From Actinomycetes bacterium (GTDB lineage: Bacteria > Actinomycetota > Acidimicrobiia > Acidimicrobiales > RAAP-2), in the NCBI GenBank assembly GCA_021809995.1, contig JAJZJT010000001.1, positions 721 to 64,720 of the forward strand: 64,000 nt of DNA. Direction: 5' to 3'. Below the pieces are notes generated by a model, which saw only the letters and a list, made by a program, of their open reading frames with translations, was not told the origin of the DNA and did no database searches. A program made the position numbers and the translations under genes. Below, piece after piece: positions 20,911 through 29,376 of the stretch (position 1 is its first letter; each line of letters opens with the position of its first letter).

Positions 20911-21795
20911 TCAGGCGACGACGGCGCGGCCCTGGTCGATGACCACGTCTCCCCCCGAACGTTCGGTCCGGAAGAGGCATTCGTCACCGTCGACCCAGAT
21001 CCGCACGGTCAGCTCGTCGCCGGGAAACACCGGCTTGGAGAAGCGTCCTTCCATGGACCGCAACCGGGCAGGGTCTCCGCCGCACAGGGCGTGCAGCAGC
21101 GCCCGCCCGGTGAAACCGTAGGTGCACAGCCCATGCAGGATCGGGCGATCGAACCCGCCGAGCGCGGCGAAGGACGGGTCGGCGTGCAGCGGGTTGAGGT
21201 CGCCGGACAGCCGGTAGAGGAGTGCCTGCTGTGGAAGCGTCCGGTAGCGGACCTCGTGATCGGCAGGGTGCTCGGGCGGCACGTTGCGCGGCCCCGACGG
21301 CCCCCGGTCACCACCCCAGCCGCCCTCGCCGCGCAGGAAGATCGACGAGGTCGTCTGCCAGCGGAGGGCGTCGGTGACGGGGTCGACGGCCGTGCCCTCG
21401 ATGGCCACCACCGCCCCCGACCCCTTGTCGTAGATTCCGACGATCTTGGAGGTGAGCCGGGCACGGCCATCGGACGGGATCGGGCCTGCCAGCGCCACCC
21501 TCTGTTCTCCGTGCACCAGCATGGCCATGTTCACCGGGCCCAGCTTGCCGAGCAGGCTGGCCTGCGAGGCCATGGGATGGGCACCGTCGTGCTGGCGCGC
21601 CCGCTCGCCGCCGCCGGCCACCACGGCGAAGGTGGGCAGCACCTGCTGCGGCGCGCTCGCCGTGTCGTGGGTGGCGAACTGCAGCTCGTCGGTCCCGCAT
21701 CCCACACCCAGGGCATAGATGACGCAGTCCCACCGCGTCCACGAGATCTCGGTGGGCTCCGACTCCGCCCCCAGTGCCCCTGGGTCGATCGGCAT
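20911..21795 (-). CDS. MaoC-like double hot-dog (R)-specific enoyl-CoA hydratase/dehydratase
   Basis: ATG at 21795 is preceded by GGGAGGA. Hydratase motif YRLSGDLNPLHADP in the C-terminal hot-dog, with a degenerate N-terminal hot-dog. Confidence 0.8.
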   Translation of the reverse strand: MPIDPGALGAESEPTEISWTRWDCVIYALGVGCGTDELQFATHDTASAPQQVLPTFAVVAGGGERARQHDGAHPMASQASLLGKLGPVNMAMLVHGEQRVALAGPIPSDGRARLTSKIVGIYDKGSGAVVAIEGTAVDPVTDALRWQTTSSIFLRGEGGWGGDRGPSGPRNVPPEHPADHEVRYRTLPQQALLYRLSGDLNPLHADPSFAALGGFDRPILHGLCTYGFTGRALLHALCGGDPARLRSMEGRFSKPVFPGDELTVRIWVDGDECLFRTERSGGDVVIDQGRAVVA

Positions 21796-21849
21796 GGGTG
21801 TCCTCCCTCGTCGCTGTGACGTCTCGTCCGGTCGGCGCGGCCTCGTCAC

Positions 21850-23307
21850 CTATGCCACTGTTGGCGAGAACCCGGCCGGCAGGCTCACGGTCTTCACTTC
21901 GAGATAGGGCGCAAGGCCCTCGGGTCCCAGCTCGCGGCCCAGGCCCGACTGCTTGTACCCACCGAAGGGGGAGCCCGGGTCCATACCGAGGCCATTCACG
22001 TGGAAGGTCCCGGTGCGCACCCGCTTGGCCACGTCGAGGCCGCGCTCGGGGTCGCCGGCCCACACCGCCCCCGACAGCCCGTAGGGCGAATCGTTGGCGA
22101 TGGCCACCGCGTCGTCCTCGTCGTCGTAGGTGATCACCGACAGGACCGGCCCGAAGATCTCCTCCTGGGCGATGCGCATCGAGTTGTCCACACCGTCGAA
22201 GATCGTCGGCGCCACGTAGTAGCCAGTCGGCGGCTCGGCCGGACGCCCACCGCCGATGACGATCTTCGCGCCCTCGTCCTGGCCCACACGGATGTACTCC
22301 TCCACCCGTGCACGCTGACGCGCCGACACCAGCGGACCCATGGTCGTCACCGGGTCCATGGGGTCCCCCACGGCCATGGCACCCACCACCTCGCAGAGCC
22401 GGTCGACGACCTCGTCGTGACGCCGCCGCGACACCAGCAGCCGTGTCTGCGCCACACAGGTCTGGCCGGAGTTGATGAAGGCGGCGTTGGCCATCATGGG
22501 CACGGCCACGTCCAGCGCCGCGTCGTCGAGCACGATGCAGGCCGACTTGCCGCCGAGCTCGAGCGTCACCCGGGCGATCCGCTGGCTGCACAGTGCCATC
22601 ATGCGCCTGCCGACGTCGGTGCTGCCGGTGAAGCTCACCTTGTCCACACCGCGGTGGGCCACCAGCTGCTCCCCCACGTCGCGCGTGGTGGGGAGGAGGT
22701 TGAAGACGCCAGCGGGCAGCCCGGCCTCCTCCACGGCCTGCGCCAGCAGGAAGGCGTTGATCGGCGACTCCGACGACGGCTTGAGCACGACCGTGCAACC
22801 GGCCAGGAGCGCTGGGGCCAGCTTGGAAGCGGTGAGGTATAGCGGGTAGTTCCACGGGACCACAAGGGCGGCGACGCCAACGGGCTCCCGGCGCACAAGG
22901 CTGGCGCCCATCAGGCCCTGCCTGACCTCCTCGAAGCCGAAGGAGGCGACGTGGTCCGCGTAGTAACGCATGAACATGACGGGTGCGCCGGCCTGGACGA
23001 GGCGCGACAGGCTGATGGGGGTGCCGACCTCCTCGGACACCGCCGTGGCGATGGCCTCGCTGCGTTCCTGGAGCGCGTCGCACAGGCGCCCGAGGGCGGC
23101 GGCCCGCTCTGCCGGGGCCATCTGCGGCCACGGCCCCTCATCGAAGGCCCGGCGCGCCGCGGCCACGGCCCGCTCCATGTCGCCGGCCGACCCCAGCGGC
23201 ACGCGGCCGATGGTGGCTTGCCGGGCCGGGGACTCGACCTCCAGCACGGCGTTGCCGTCGGGCTTGGCCCACTCTCCGTCAATGAACAGTCGGTCGAATG
23301 CGTACAT
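21850..23307 (-). CDS. aldehyde dehydrogenase
   Basis: ATG at 23307 is preceded by GGAGGTGG. Contains ELGGKS and the catalytic Cys block FINSGQTCVA. Confidence 0.85.
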   Translation of the reverse strand: MYAFDRLFIDGEWAKPDGNAVLEVESPARQATIGRVPLGSAGDMERAVAAARRAFDEGPWPQMAPAERAAALGRLCDALQERSEAIATAVSEEVGTPISLSRLVQAGAPVMFMRYYADHVASFGFEEVRQGLMGASLVRREPVGVAALVVPWNYPLYLTASKLAPALLAGCTVVLKPSSESPINAFLLAQAVEEAGLPAGVFNLLPTTRDVGEQLVAHRGVDKVSFTGSTDVGRRMMALCSQRIARVTLELGGKSACIVLDDAALDVAVPMMANAAFINSGQTCVAQTRLLVSRRRHDEVVDRLCEVVGAMAVGDPMDPVTTMGPLVSARQRARVEEYIRVGQDEGAKIVIGGGRPAEPPTGYYVAPTIFDGVDNSMRIAQEEIFGPVLSVITYDDEDDAVAIANDSPYGLSGAVWAGDPERGLDVAKRVRTGTFHVNGLGMDPGSPFGGYKQSGLGRELGPEGLAPYLEVKTVSLPAGFSPTVA

Positions 23308-23391
23308 CTCTGCTGCCACCTCCAACATCGTCCGGGGGATCCATCGCTTGGTCACGCAGCCGTCATCGTTCACGCAGTCGTCGTCATCGGC

Positions 23392-24642
23392 TCAGCGCTC
23401 CGATCGCGCCGGCACCGTGTTCTGCGGCAGCGCTCGGAACGGGGTGTCGGGCGGCGGCCCGGGTTCCCTGGGCAGACCGAGCACCCGCTCGCCCACCACG
23501 TTCCGTTGGACCTGGTCGGTGCCGCCGAAGATCGAGGGGGCCGGCGAGAACAGGATGAGCTCCTGCCACATCCCCCCGCCCGGCGTGTCGGGCCCGGTGA
23601 CGGTGGCGTGCATGCCGAGGATGCGGGCGGCCACGTCGCGGGCCAGGCGGACGACATCGCTGTTGCGCAGCTTGGCCACGTTCCCCTCGCCGCCCGTCGC
23701 CGCCTGGCCGGACTTCATCCGCGCCAGATGCCATTCCGTAATCTCCACCAGGCCGTAGAGGCGGGCCAGGTCCTGGCGCACCGTGGCATCAGCCAGGCGG
23801 GCCCGTTGGCGCGCCAGATCGACCAGGGCCCTGACGCGCTGCCGGCTCACCATGCTCTCGTCGATGACTGGCCGGGCCTGCCCGAACGATCCGGCGGGGC
23901 GATCGAGATGGCCGGCCACCGTGCCGGGCACCGCCGCGCTCGGGGCGGCCACCGTCGCGCCGCCGATGCCCATGCGTTCCACCATCAGCGTCGTGCTCGC
24001 CACCCGCCATCCGTCGCCGACCTGGCCGATGACGTTGGCGTGGGGCACGCGGGCGCCTTCGATGAAGACCTCGTTGAAGATGGCTCGGCCCGTCATCTCG
24101 CGCAGCGGGCGCACCTCCACGCCCGGCTGGCGGACTGGGAAGGCGAAGTAGGTGATGCCGCGGTGCTTGGAAGCGTCGGGATCGGTGCGGGCGATGAGGA
24201 TGCCGTAGTCCGCGTATTGACCCGTCGAGGTCCACACCTTCTGGCCCGTCACCACCCATTCGTCCCCGTCGCGTTCGGCTCTCGTCAGCAGTCCGGCCAG
24301 GTCGGACCCAGCCCCCGGCTCGGAGAAGAGCTGGCACCACCCATGGCTGCCGTCGAGGATCCTCGGGACCAGTGTCTCCACCAGCTCGGTGGAACCATGG
24401 GCCAACAGCGTCGGAACCGCCAGCATCATCCCGATGCCGCTGGGCGGCCCCAGTGCCCCTCGGCGGGTCATGGCGCGAACCAGCTCCACCGTCTGCTGCC
24501 GGTCCCACTGCCTTCCGTAGGGCGGGGCCAGCATGGGAGCCGAAAGGCGCGCCTCGGCCAGGCGTTGCCACCAGGCGCGGACGGCGAGATCGGGGTCCCA
24601 ATTGGCGTCGAGCCACTGGTCGACGTCGAGCTCCGTGGTCAT
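23392..24642 (-). CDS. acyl-CoA dehydrogenase
   Basis: ATG at 24642 is preceded by GGAGGA. ACAD blocks WCQLFSEPGAGSDLAG and GGTDQVQRNVVGERVLGLP. Confidence 0.85.
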   Translation of the reverse strand: MTTELDVDQWLDANWDPDLAVRAWWQRLAEARLSAPMLAPPYGRQWDRQQTVELVRAMTRRGALGPPSGIGMMLAVPTLLAHGSTELVETLVPRILDGSHGWCQLFSEPGAGSDLAGLLTRAERDGDEWVVTGQKVWTSTGQYADYGILIARTDPDASKHRGITYFAFPVRQPGVEVRPLREMTGRAIFNEVFIEGARVPHANVIGQVGDGWRVASTTLMVERMGIGGATVAAPSAAVPGTVAGHLDRPAGSFGQARPVIDESMVSRQRVRALVDLARQRARLADATVRQDLARLYGLVEITEWHLARMKSGQAATGGEGNVAKLRNSDVVRLARDVAARILGMHATVTGPDTPGGGMWQELILFSPAPSIFGGTDQVQRNVVGERVLGLPREPGPPPDTPFRALPQNTVPARSER

Positions 24643-24685
24643 AAGGTCCTCCACCGCGCGGCCCTCCTCGTGGCTGCTCCGGCCC

Positions 24686-25864
24686 TCACCGGCGCTGCAG
24701 GATGTGGATGACACACACCGAACCCGCTCCCATCATGTGGGCCAGGCCCGTGCGCGCCCTCTCGACCTGCCGGCCAGCGGCCTGCCCGCGCAGCTGCGTC
24801 GTGACGTCCCAGATCTGGGCCAGGCCCGTCGGCCCCACGGGGTGCCCGCGCCCGATGAGGCCGCCGTCCGTCGAGAACGGGATGCGGCCGCCGATCTGGG
24901 TGGCGCCCTCGGCCACCAACTTGTCGCCCTCGCCGTCACCGCAGATGTCGAGCAGCTCGTAGTAGAGCAGCTCCTCGACGGGGAAGGCATCGTGCACGTG
25001 CACCAGGTCGAGGTCGTCCGGCCCCACCCCGGCATCGTCGTAGGCGGCCCGGGCGGTGGACCTCGTCAGCTCGGGCGGTCCCACCACGGCACCGAGGAAG
25101 ACATGGCCCTCCGTGTAGCGCTCGGACTGCAGCTGACTGGTCAGCACGCGGACCATGGGGCTGCCGGTGCGGCGCTCGACCTCCTCGGCCATCGCCCGGT
25201 CGGCGACGATCGCACATGCGGCGCCGCCCCCCACTGCCGCTGCCATCATCGACGTGTGAGGGTAGGCGATCATCGAGGAGCCCAGCACCTCTTCGACCGT
25301 CACCTCGTGGTCCGCCCGGCGCTGCGCGAACGGGTTGTGCCGGGCGTGGTTCCAGTTCTTGGCGGCGATGCGGGCGTAGGTGTCCACCGTCGTCCCCGCG
25401 TCGTGCATCCGCCGGACCGCCCACATGGCGAAGAAGGCCGCTGGTAGCAATACGCCCTCCACCGAGGGCCGCATCAAGGACGACACCAGGCGCGACGCGC
25501 TCCCGCCGCTGGCCATGGCCCGGGGGCTCGGGTCGAACCCCAGGGCCATGGCACAGCGGCAATGGCCCCCGGCCACCGACAGCACCGCCTCGCGGAAGGC
25601 CGAGGACCCGGTCGCCGAGGCGTTCTCAACGTGCGTGATGGGCACGCCCGTGAGGCCGAGGTCCTTGGCCAGGCTCACCCCCGTCAACATGCCGGCCGAC
25701 GCGTAGCCGTTGTACAGCGATCCGACGGCGTCGAAGCCGATGCCGGCGTCGGCCATGGCGGCGATCGCCGCCTCGTAGGCCATGTCGCCCACCGGGACCG
25801 GTTCTCCGGAGATGCGGTGCATGCCCACGCCGATCACGTAGACCTCGCCTTCGAGCCTCGTCAT
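24686..25864 (-). CDS. thiolase-like protein (SCP-x / Ltp-type)
   Basis: Thiolase fold with ENASATGSSAF. ATGA overlap with the upstream DUF35 gene (25861-25864). Confidence 0.85.
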   Translation of the reverse strand: MTRLEGEVYVIGVGMHRISGEPVPVGDMAYEAAIAAMADAGIGFDAVGSLYNGYASAGMLTGVSLAKDLGLTGVPITHVENASATGSSAFREAVLSVAGGHCRCAMALGFDPSPRAMASGGSASRLVSSLMRPSVEGVLLPAAFFAMWAVRRMHDAGTTVDTYARIAAKNWNHARHNPFAQRRADHEVTVEEVLGSSMIAYPHTSMMAAAVGGGAACAIVADRAMAEEVERRTGSPMVRVLTSQLQSERYTEGHVFLGAVVGPPELTRSTARAAYDDAGVGPDDLDLVHVHDAFPVEELLYYELLDICGDGEGDKLVAEGATQIGGRIPFSTDGGLIGRGHPVGPTGLAQIWDVTTQLRGQAAGRQVERARTGLAHMMGAGSVCVIHILQRR

Positions 25865-26286
25865 CCTTCTCCCTGGTCACGGGCCCGGAAGCCGTACGTG
25901 CACAACTCGTTGCCCGCTTCGTCGGTCGACACGGGCACCAGGTCGAGGACCATGGGCATGCCGATCCGCCAGTCCCGCCGACCGCCGATCAGCCGTGTCT
26001 GCACCCGCACGCCCTCGGGCAGGTCCACTTGGCCGACGCCATGGGGCGCCAGGGACCCGCGGAAGGTGCCGTAGCGCACGTTCTCTATCCAGGTCCACGA
26101 GTAGAGGACGCCTTCGTCCGACAGCAGGACCTCCTCGACCGGCCCGAACGTGATCGGGCAACGCTTGCGATGGGGGAAGAACCAGGTCCGCGCCTGGGAG
26201 CTGTAGGAACCGATCAGGCGCGGTCGCGGGCGCTGCGCGTCCGGCATGACGAAGTAGCCCTCCTCGACCGGAAGTCGTCCATCCAT
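25861..26286 (-). CDS. DUF35 OB-fold protein
   Basis: OB-fold DUF35 pattern (LLSDEGVLYSWTWI...GVGQVDLPEGVRV). The Zn ribbon is degenerate. Coupled to the thiolase-like gene. Confidence 0.75.
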   Translation of the reverse strand: MDGRLPVEEGYFVMPDAQRPRPRLIGSYSSQARTWFFPHRKRCPITFGPVEEVLLSDEGVLYSWTWIENVRYGTFRGSLAPHGVGQVDLPEGVRVQTRLIGGRRDWRIGMPMVLDLVPVSTDEAGNELCTYGFRARDQGEG

Positions 26287-26299
26287 GATCGGACCCCCC

Positions 26300-27415
26300 T
26301 CACATGCCGATGCGCTGCGCCAGCAGCTCCCGGTGGTAGGCCGGGTCGCCGAGCAGCAGCTCCGAGCTCTTGGCCCGCTTGAAGTACAGGTGGGCGTCGT
26401 GCTCCCAGGTGAAGCCGATACCCCCGTGGATCTGGATGTTCTCGGCGGCGGCGTGGAAGTAGGCCTCGGAGCAGTACGACTTGGCCAGGCTGGCCACCAC
26501 CGGCAGCTCGTCGGAGTCCTCGGCCGCTGCCCAGGCGGCGTAGTACGCCGCCGACTTGGCCGACTCCACCTCGAGCAGCATGTCGGCGCACTTGTGCTTG
26601 ATGGCCTGAAAGGAGCCGATCGGCCGACCGAACTGGATCCGGGTCTTCGCGTAGTCGACCGACATGTCCAGGCACCGTTGGGCCCCGCCCACCTGCTCGG
26701 CGGCCAGGGCCACGGCGGCCAGGTCGAGCATGCGGCCGAGGACGGGGCCGGCGGCGCCGTCCTCGCCCACCAGCCGGGCCGGCGTGGACGAGAACTCGAG
26801 ACGGGCCTGCTTGCGGGTCTGGTCCATGGTCGGCAGCGAGGTCCTGGTCAGGCCGGACGCCTCGCCCTCCACGGCGAACAGGCTGACCCCGGCAGCCGTC
26901 CGGGCCGCCACCAGCACCAGGTCGGCGTGGTGGCCGTCGAGGACGAACATCTTGTGCCCGTCGAGGGTCCAGCCGTCCCCCGAGGGGGCGGCGGCCAGGG
27001 TGACGCCGTCGAGATCCCATCGGCCGCTGTCCTCGGTCAGCGCCACGGTGGCGATCGTCTCACCGGCGGCGATGCCGGGCAGCAGGTCGGCCTTGGCCGC
27101 CTCGTCCCCGCAGGCCAGCAGGGCGGTGGTGGCCAGCGCCACCGTGGGGAACAGCGGGCCGCCGAGCAGCGCGCCACCGGTCTCCTCGAGCACGACGGCC
27201 AGCTCCACGAACGTGAACCCCGCCCCCCCGTAGGACTCGGGCACGATCAACGACTGCAGCCCCAGCTGGTTGCCCATCTGGTCCCACACCGCCGGGTCGA
27301 AGCCCTCCTCGGTCTCCATGAGCCGGCGAACCTCGGTCATGGGCGACCGGTCCTCCAGGAACCGGCGGACCGACCGCCTCAGCTCCTCCTGCTCCTCGCT
27401 GAAGGCGAAGTTCAT
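26300..27415 (-). CDS. acyl-CoA dehydrogenase
   Basis: ATG at 27415 (MNFAFSEEQEELR). C-terminal ACAD block IHGGIGFTWEHD. Confidence 0.85.
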   Translation of the reverse strand: MNFAFSEEQEELRRSVRRFLEDRSPMTEVRRLMETEEGFDPAVWDQMGNQLGLQSLIVPESYGGAGFTFVELAVVLEETGGALLGGPLFPTVALATTALLACGDEAAKADLLPGIAAGETIATVALTEDSGRWDLDGVTLAAAPSGDGWTLDGHKMFVLDGHHADLVLVAARTAAGVSLFAVEGEASGLTRTSLPTMDQTRKQARLEFSSTPARLVGEDGAAGPVLGRMLDLAAVALAAEQVGGAQRCLDMSVDYAKTRIQFGRPIGSFQAIKHKCADMLLEVESAKSAAYYAAWAAAEDSDELPVVASLAKSYCSEAYFHAAAENIQIHGGIGFTWEHDAHLYFKRAKSSELLLGDPAYHRELLAQRIGM

Positions 27416-27572
27416 GGCGTTGCCTCTCCCCACCCCGAAACGGGGCACCTCACTAGACGAAACATGGATCTCGTCTCTGTCTTAGCTGCGACGGGGACGT
27501 TTTAGCAGAGTTCGCCTGCCGTCGCCCATCGTGCGAGCCACAGGCGGAGGTACGGGCGCCGGCGGGCATGGA

Positions 27573-27623
27573 GGGCTGGGCTCGAAGGGCTGGGCTCGAA
27601 GGGCTGGGCTCGAAGGGCTGGGC
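27573..27623. repeat. 14-bp tandem repeat GGGCTGGGCTCGAA x3.6
   Basis: Three perfect units (27573, 27587, 27601) plus a partial fourth. Confidence 0.95.
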
Positions 27624-27673
27624 GCCATCGTGCTTGTCGGCGAGGCCCGGGTGGAACATCATCCTGACAGCGT

Positions 27674-27720
27674 CCGCCACACGGATCCGCCACACGGATC
27701 CACCACACCCATCCGTCACA
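27674..27720. repeat. 13-bp tandem repeat CCGCCACACGGAT x3.5
   Basis: Units at 27674 and 27687 are perfect. The unit at 27700 is diverged (CCACCACACCCAT), followed by a partial unit. Confidence 0.9.
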
Positions 27721-27740
27721 GCGCGCCTGCCGCGAGGACT

Positions 27741-27800
27741 TCGCCACGGCGACACGTCGCCACGGCGATCTGTCGCCACCACCGGGGCGTCGCCCAACGC
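27741..27800. repeat. 16/17-bp tandem repeat TCGCCACGGCGANNNG x3-4
   Basis: Units start at 27741, 27757, 27773 and 27790 and become progressively more diverged. Confidence 0.8.
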
Positions 27801-27840
27801 GCCCCGGGTCCGTCAAGGCTCGCGCCGCCTGTCGCGAGCA

Positions 27841-28575
27841 GGTGACGAACGCGTCGGCATCCCTCGGCCGACCGACCTGTCCCGCTTGCTCGAGATCGCC
27901 CTGGTCCTGGTCCGAAACGGGCTGGTCACCGCGGGGAGTCGATCGGTGGCATTGGCTCGCCGACCCCACCGTCAGACGCCGCGCACGCTGGCCGTGGCCC
28001 TGCGCCGGGCCTTTTCCGAGCTGGGTCCCACCTACGTCACGTTCGGACAGCTGAGCGTCTCCACACCCGACTTGTTCCCGCCGTTCCTGGCCGCCGGACT
28101 GCGCCGGCTCCTCGACGGCGTGCCTCCCGAGCAACCGGGGGTCGTGCGCCGGGTGATCGAACGCGAACTGGGGCGAGGCATCCACGAGCTGTTCGCCTCG
28201 TTCGACGACGCGCCAGCGGCGGCGGCCTCGGTCGCCCAGGTGCACCAGGCGGTGTTGCACGGCGGGACGGTGGTGGCGGTCGAGGTCCGCCGGCCCGACC
28301 TTCGGCGGCGCGTCGAGCAGGACCTCCGCCTGTGGCCCTGGTGGCGGAGCATGCCGGTGCCGTCGGCCACGTCATCAGTCCCGTCGCCGTCGTGGACCAC
28401 CTGGCCGCCACCGTCCGCTGGCCCGGATGATCCTCGACCGCGCTGCCCGAGACCGTCGACGGGTGTTCATCGGGCCGGACGTGCAGCTGGTCAAGGTCCT
28501 GGCCCAGCCACCGCCCGGCGTCTTCCAGAACGCCATCGGCCTCGGCGCCTGGCTCGGCACCCGCGTGGGCAACTG
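27841..28575 (+). pseudogene. ABC1/UbiB/AarF atypical-kinase gene, N-terminal third only, with at least 2 frameshifts
   Basis: Contains LRRAFSELGPTYVTFGQLSVSTPDLFPP...ASFDDAPAAAASVAQVHQAVL...VAVEVRRPDL...DLRL. It continues in another frame (LVAEHAGAVGHVISPVAVVDHLAATVR) after a 1-nt insertion near 28333, then shifts again. The kinase core is absent. No clear start codon. Confidence 0.55.
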
Positions 28576-28582
28576 AGGGCCT

Positions 28583-28683
28583 CTACGACCGCGCCGGCTC
28601 ACCCTCGAGGTGCGACTGCAGACGCTGCGCATCGTCGTTGAGCTCCTCCACCATCTCGAGGACGAGCCGGCCCGACGGCTTGA
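28583..28683 (-). pseudogene. nitronate monooxygenase (NMO-like FMN enzyme) fragment 3 of 3: C-terminal tail
   Basis: The minus strand reads IKPSGRLVLEMVEELNDDAQRLQSHLEGEPARS-stop. Confidence 0.4.
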
Positions 28684-28958
28684 TCGCGTTCGGCGCCCTC
28701 GGGCCGCCGCCCGGTCACCTCATCGAGCGGGCCCATGGTGCTGGCGTCGCGGTGACCGCCCTGGCCGGGACCGGCGCGCACGCACGGCACCACGCCCGGG
28801 CTGGCGCCGACCTCGTCGTGGTCCAGGGGACCGAGGCGGGTGGGCACACGGGCCTAGTCGCCACCATGGTGCTGGTCGCCGAGGTAGTCGATGCAGCGGC
28901 ACCCACCCCGGTGCTGGCGGCCGGTGGCGTCGCCTCGGGGCGCCAGCTTGCCCATCCG
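28680..28958 (+). pseudogene. NMO-like fragment 2 of 3: central FMN-binding segment, on the opposite strand
   Basis: The plus strand reads LIAFGALGPPPGHLIERAHGAGVAVTALAGTGAHARHHARAGADLVVVQGTEAGGHTGLVATMVLVAEVVDAAAPTPVLAAGGVASGRQLA. Confidence 0.6.
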
Positions 28959-28959
28959 A

Positions 28960-29376
28960 TGGGAACGCCACGTCCAGCAGCGAGGTCATGCTCGCCAGAT
29001 CGATCCGCATGCCGGCGAGCTCGCCAGTCCCGTCCTCGTGTGGCGCCGACGGCACGCCGTACTGGCCGAGGAGGTCGTCGAGCCACTGCCGGTGGGCTTC
29101 GGGGACCAGCTCCCGCAGGCCGCCCGGATCGAGCCCGCCCTGGTCGGCGCCGACGTACTTCTCGGGGATCAACAGGTCGACGCCGTATGGGCGCCCGTCG
29201 GTCGCATCCTCGATCCAGGCCAAGTCCGTGTCGAGATGCTCCGGGTTGTGGGCCACGGCACCGAGCACGCCCATACCGCCGGCCTTGGAGACGGCAGCGA
29301 CGACGTCCCGGCAGTGGCTGAACCCCAGGATGGGGAACTCGAACGCGCAACCCTCCTGTTCAGTTGGCCGGTCCAC
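28960..29376 (-). pseudogene. NMO-like fragment 1 of 3: N-terminal segment
   Basis: The minus strand reads FEFPILGFSHCRDVVAAVSKAGGMGVLGAVAHNPEHLDTDLAWIEDATDGRPYGVDLLIPEKY... The candidate GTG start at 29376 overlaps the MBL gene 3' end. Confidence 0.6.

Noticed and set aside
27573-27800. Considered whether the clustered direct repeats are a CRISPR array.
   Set aside because: The units are 13-17 bp, contiguous with no spacers, and of three different sequences. No cas genes are in the window.
28428-28575. Plus-strand peptide MILDRAARDRRRVFIGPDVQLVKVLAQPPPGVFQNAIGLGAWLGTRVGN, considered as a fourth NMO fragment (LGA..GTR resembles the NMO C-terminal motif).
   Set aside because: It fits equally well as the continuation of the ABC1 pseudogene (the PDV..P.V block). 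The similarity is too weak either way.
28570-28640. Looked for inverted repeats at the proposed 28.6-kb and 42.4-kb inversion breakpoints.
   Set aside because: I found only a short shared ACCTCGAG-containing word, with no convincing repeat. The inversion idea rests on gene-fragment geometry alone.
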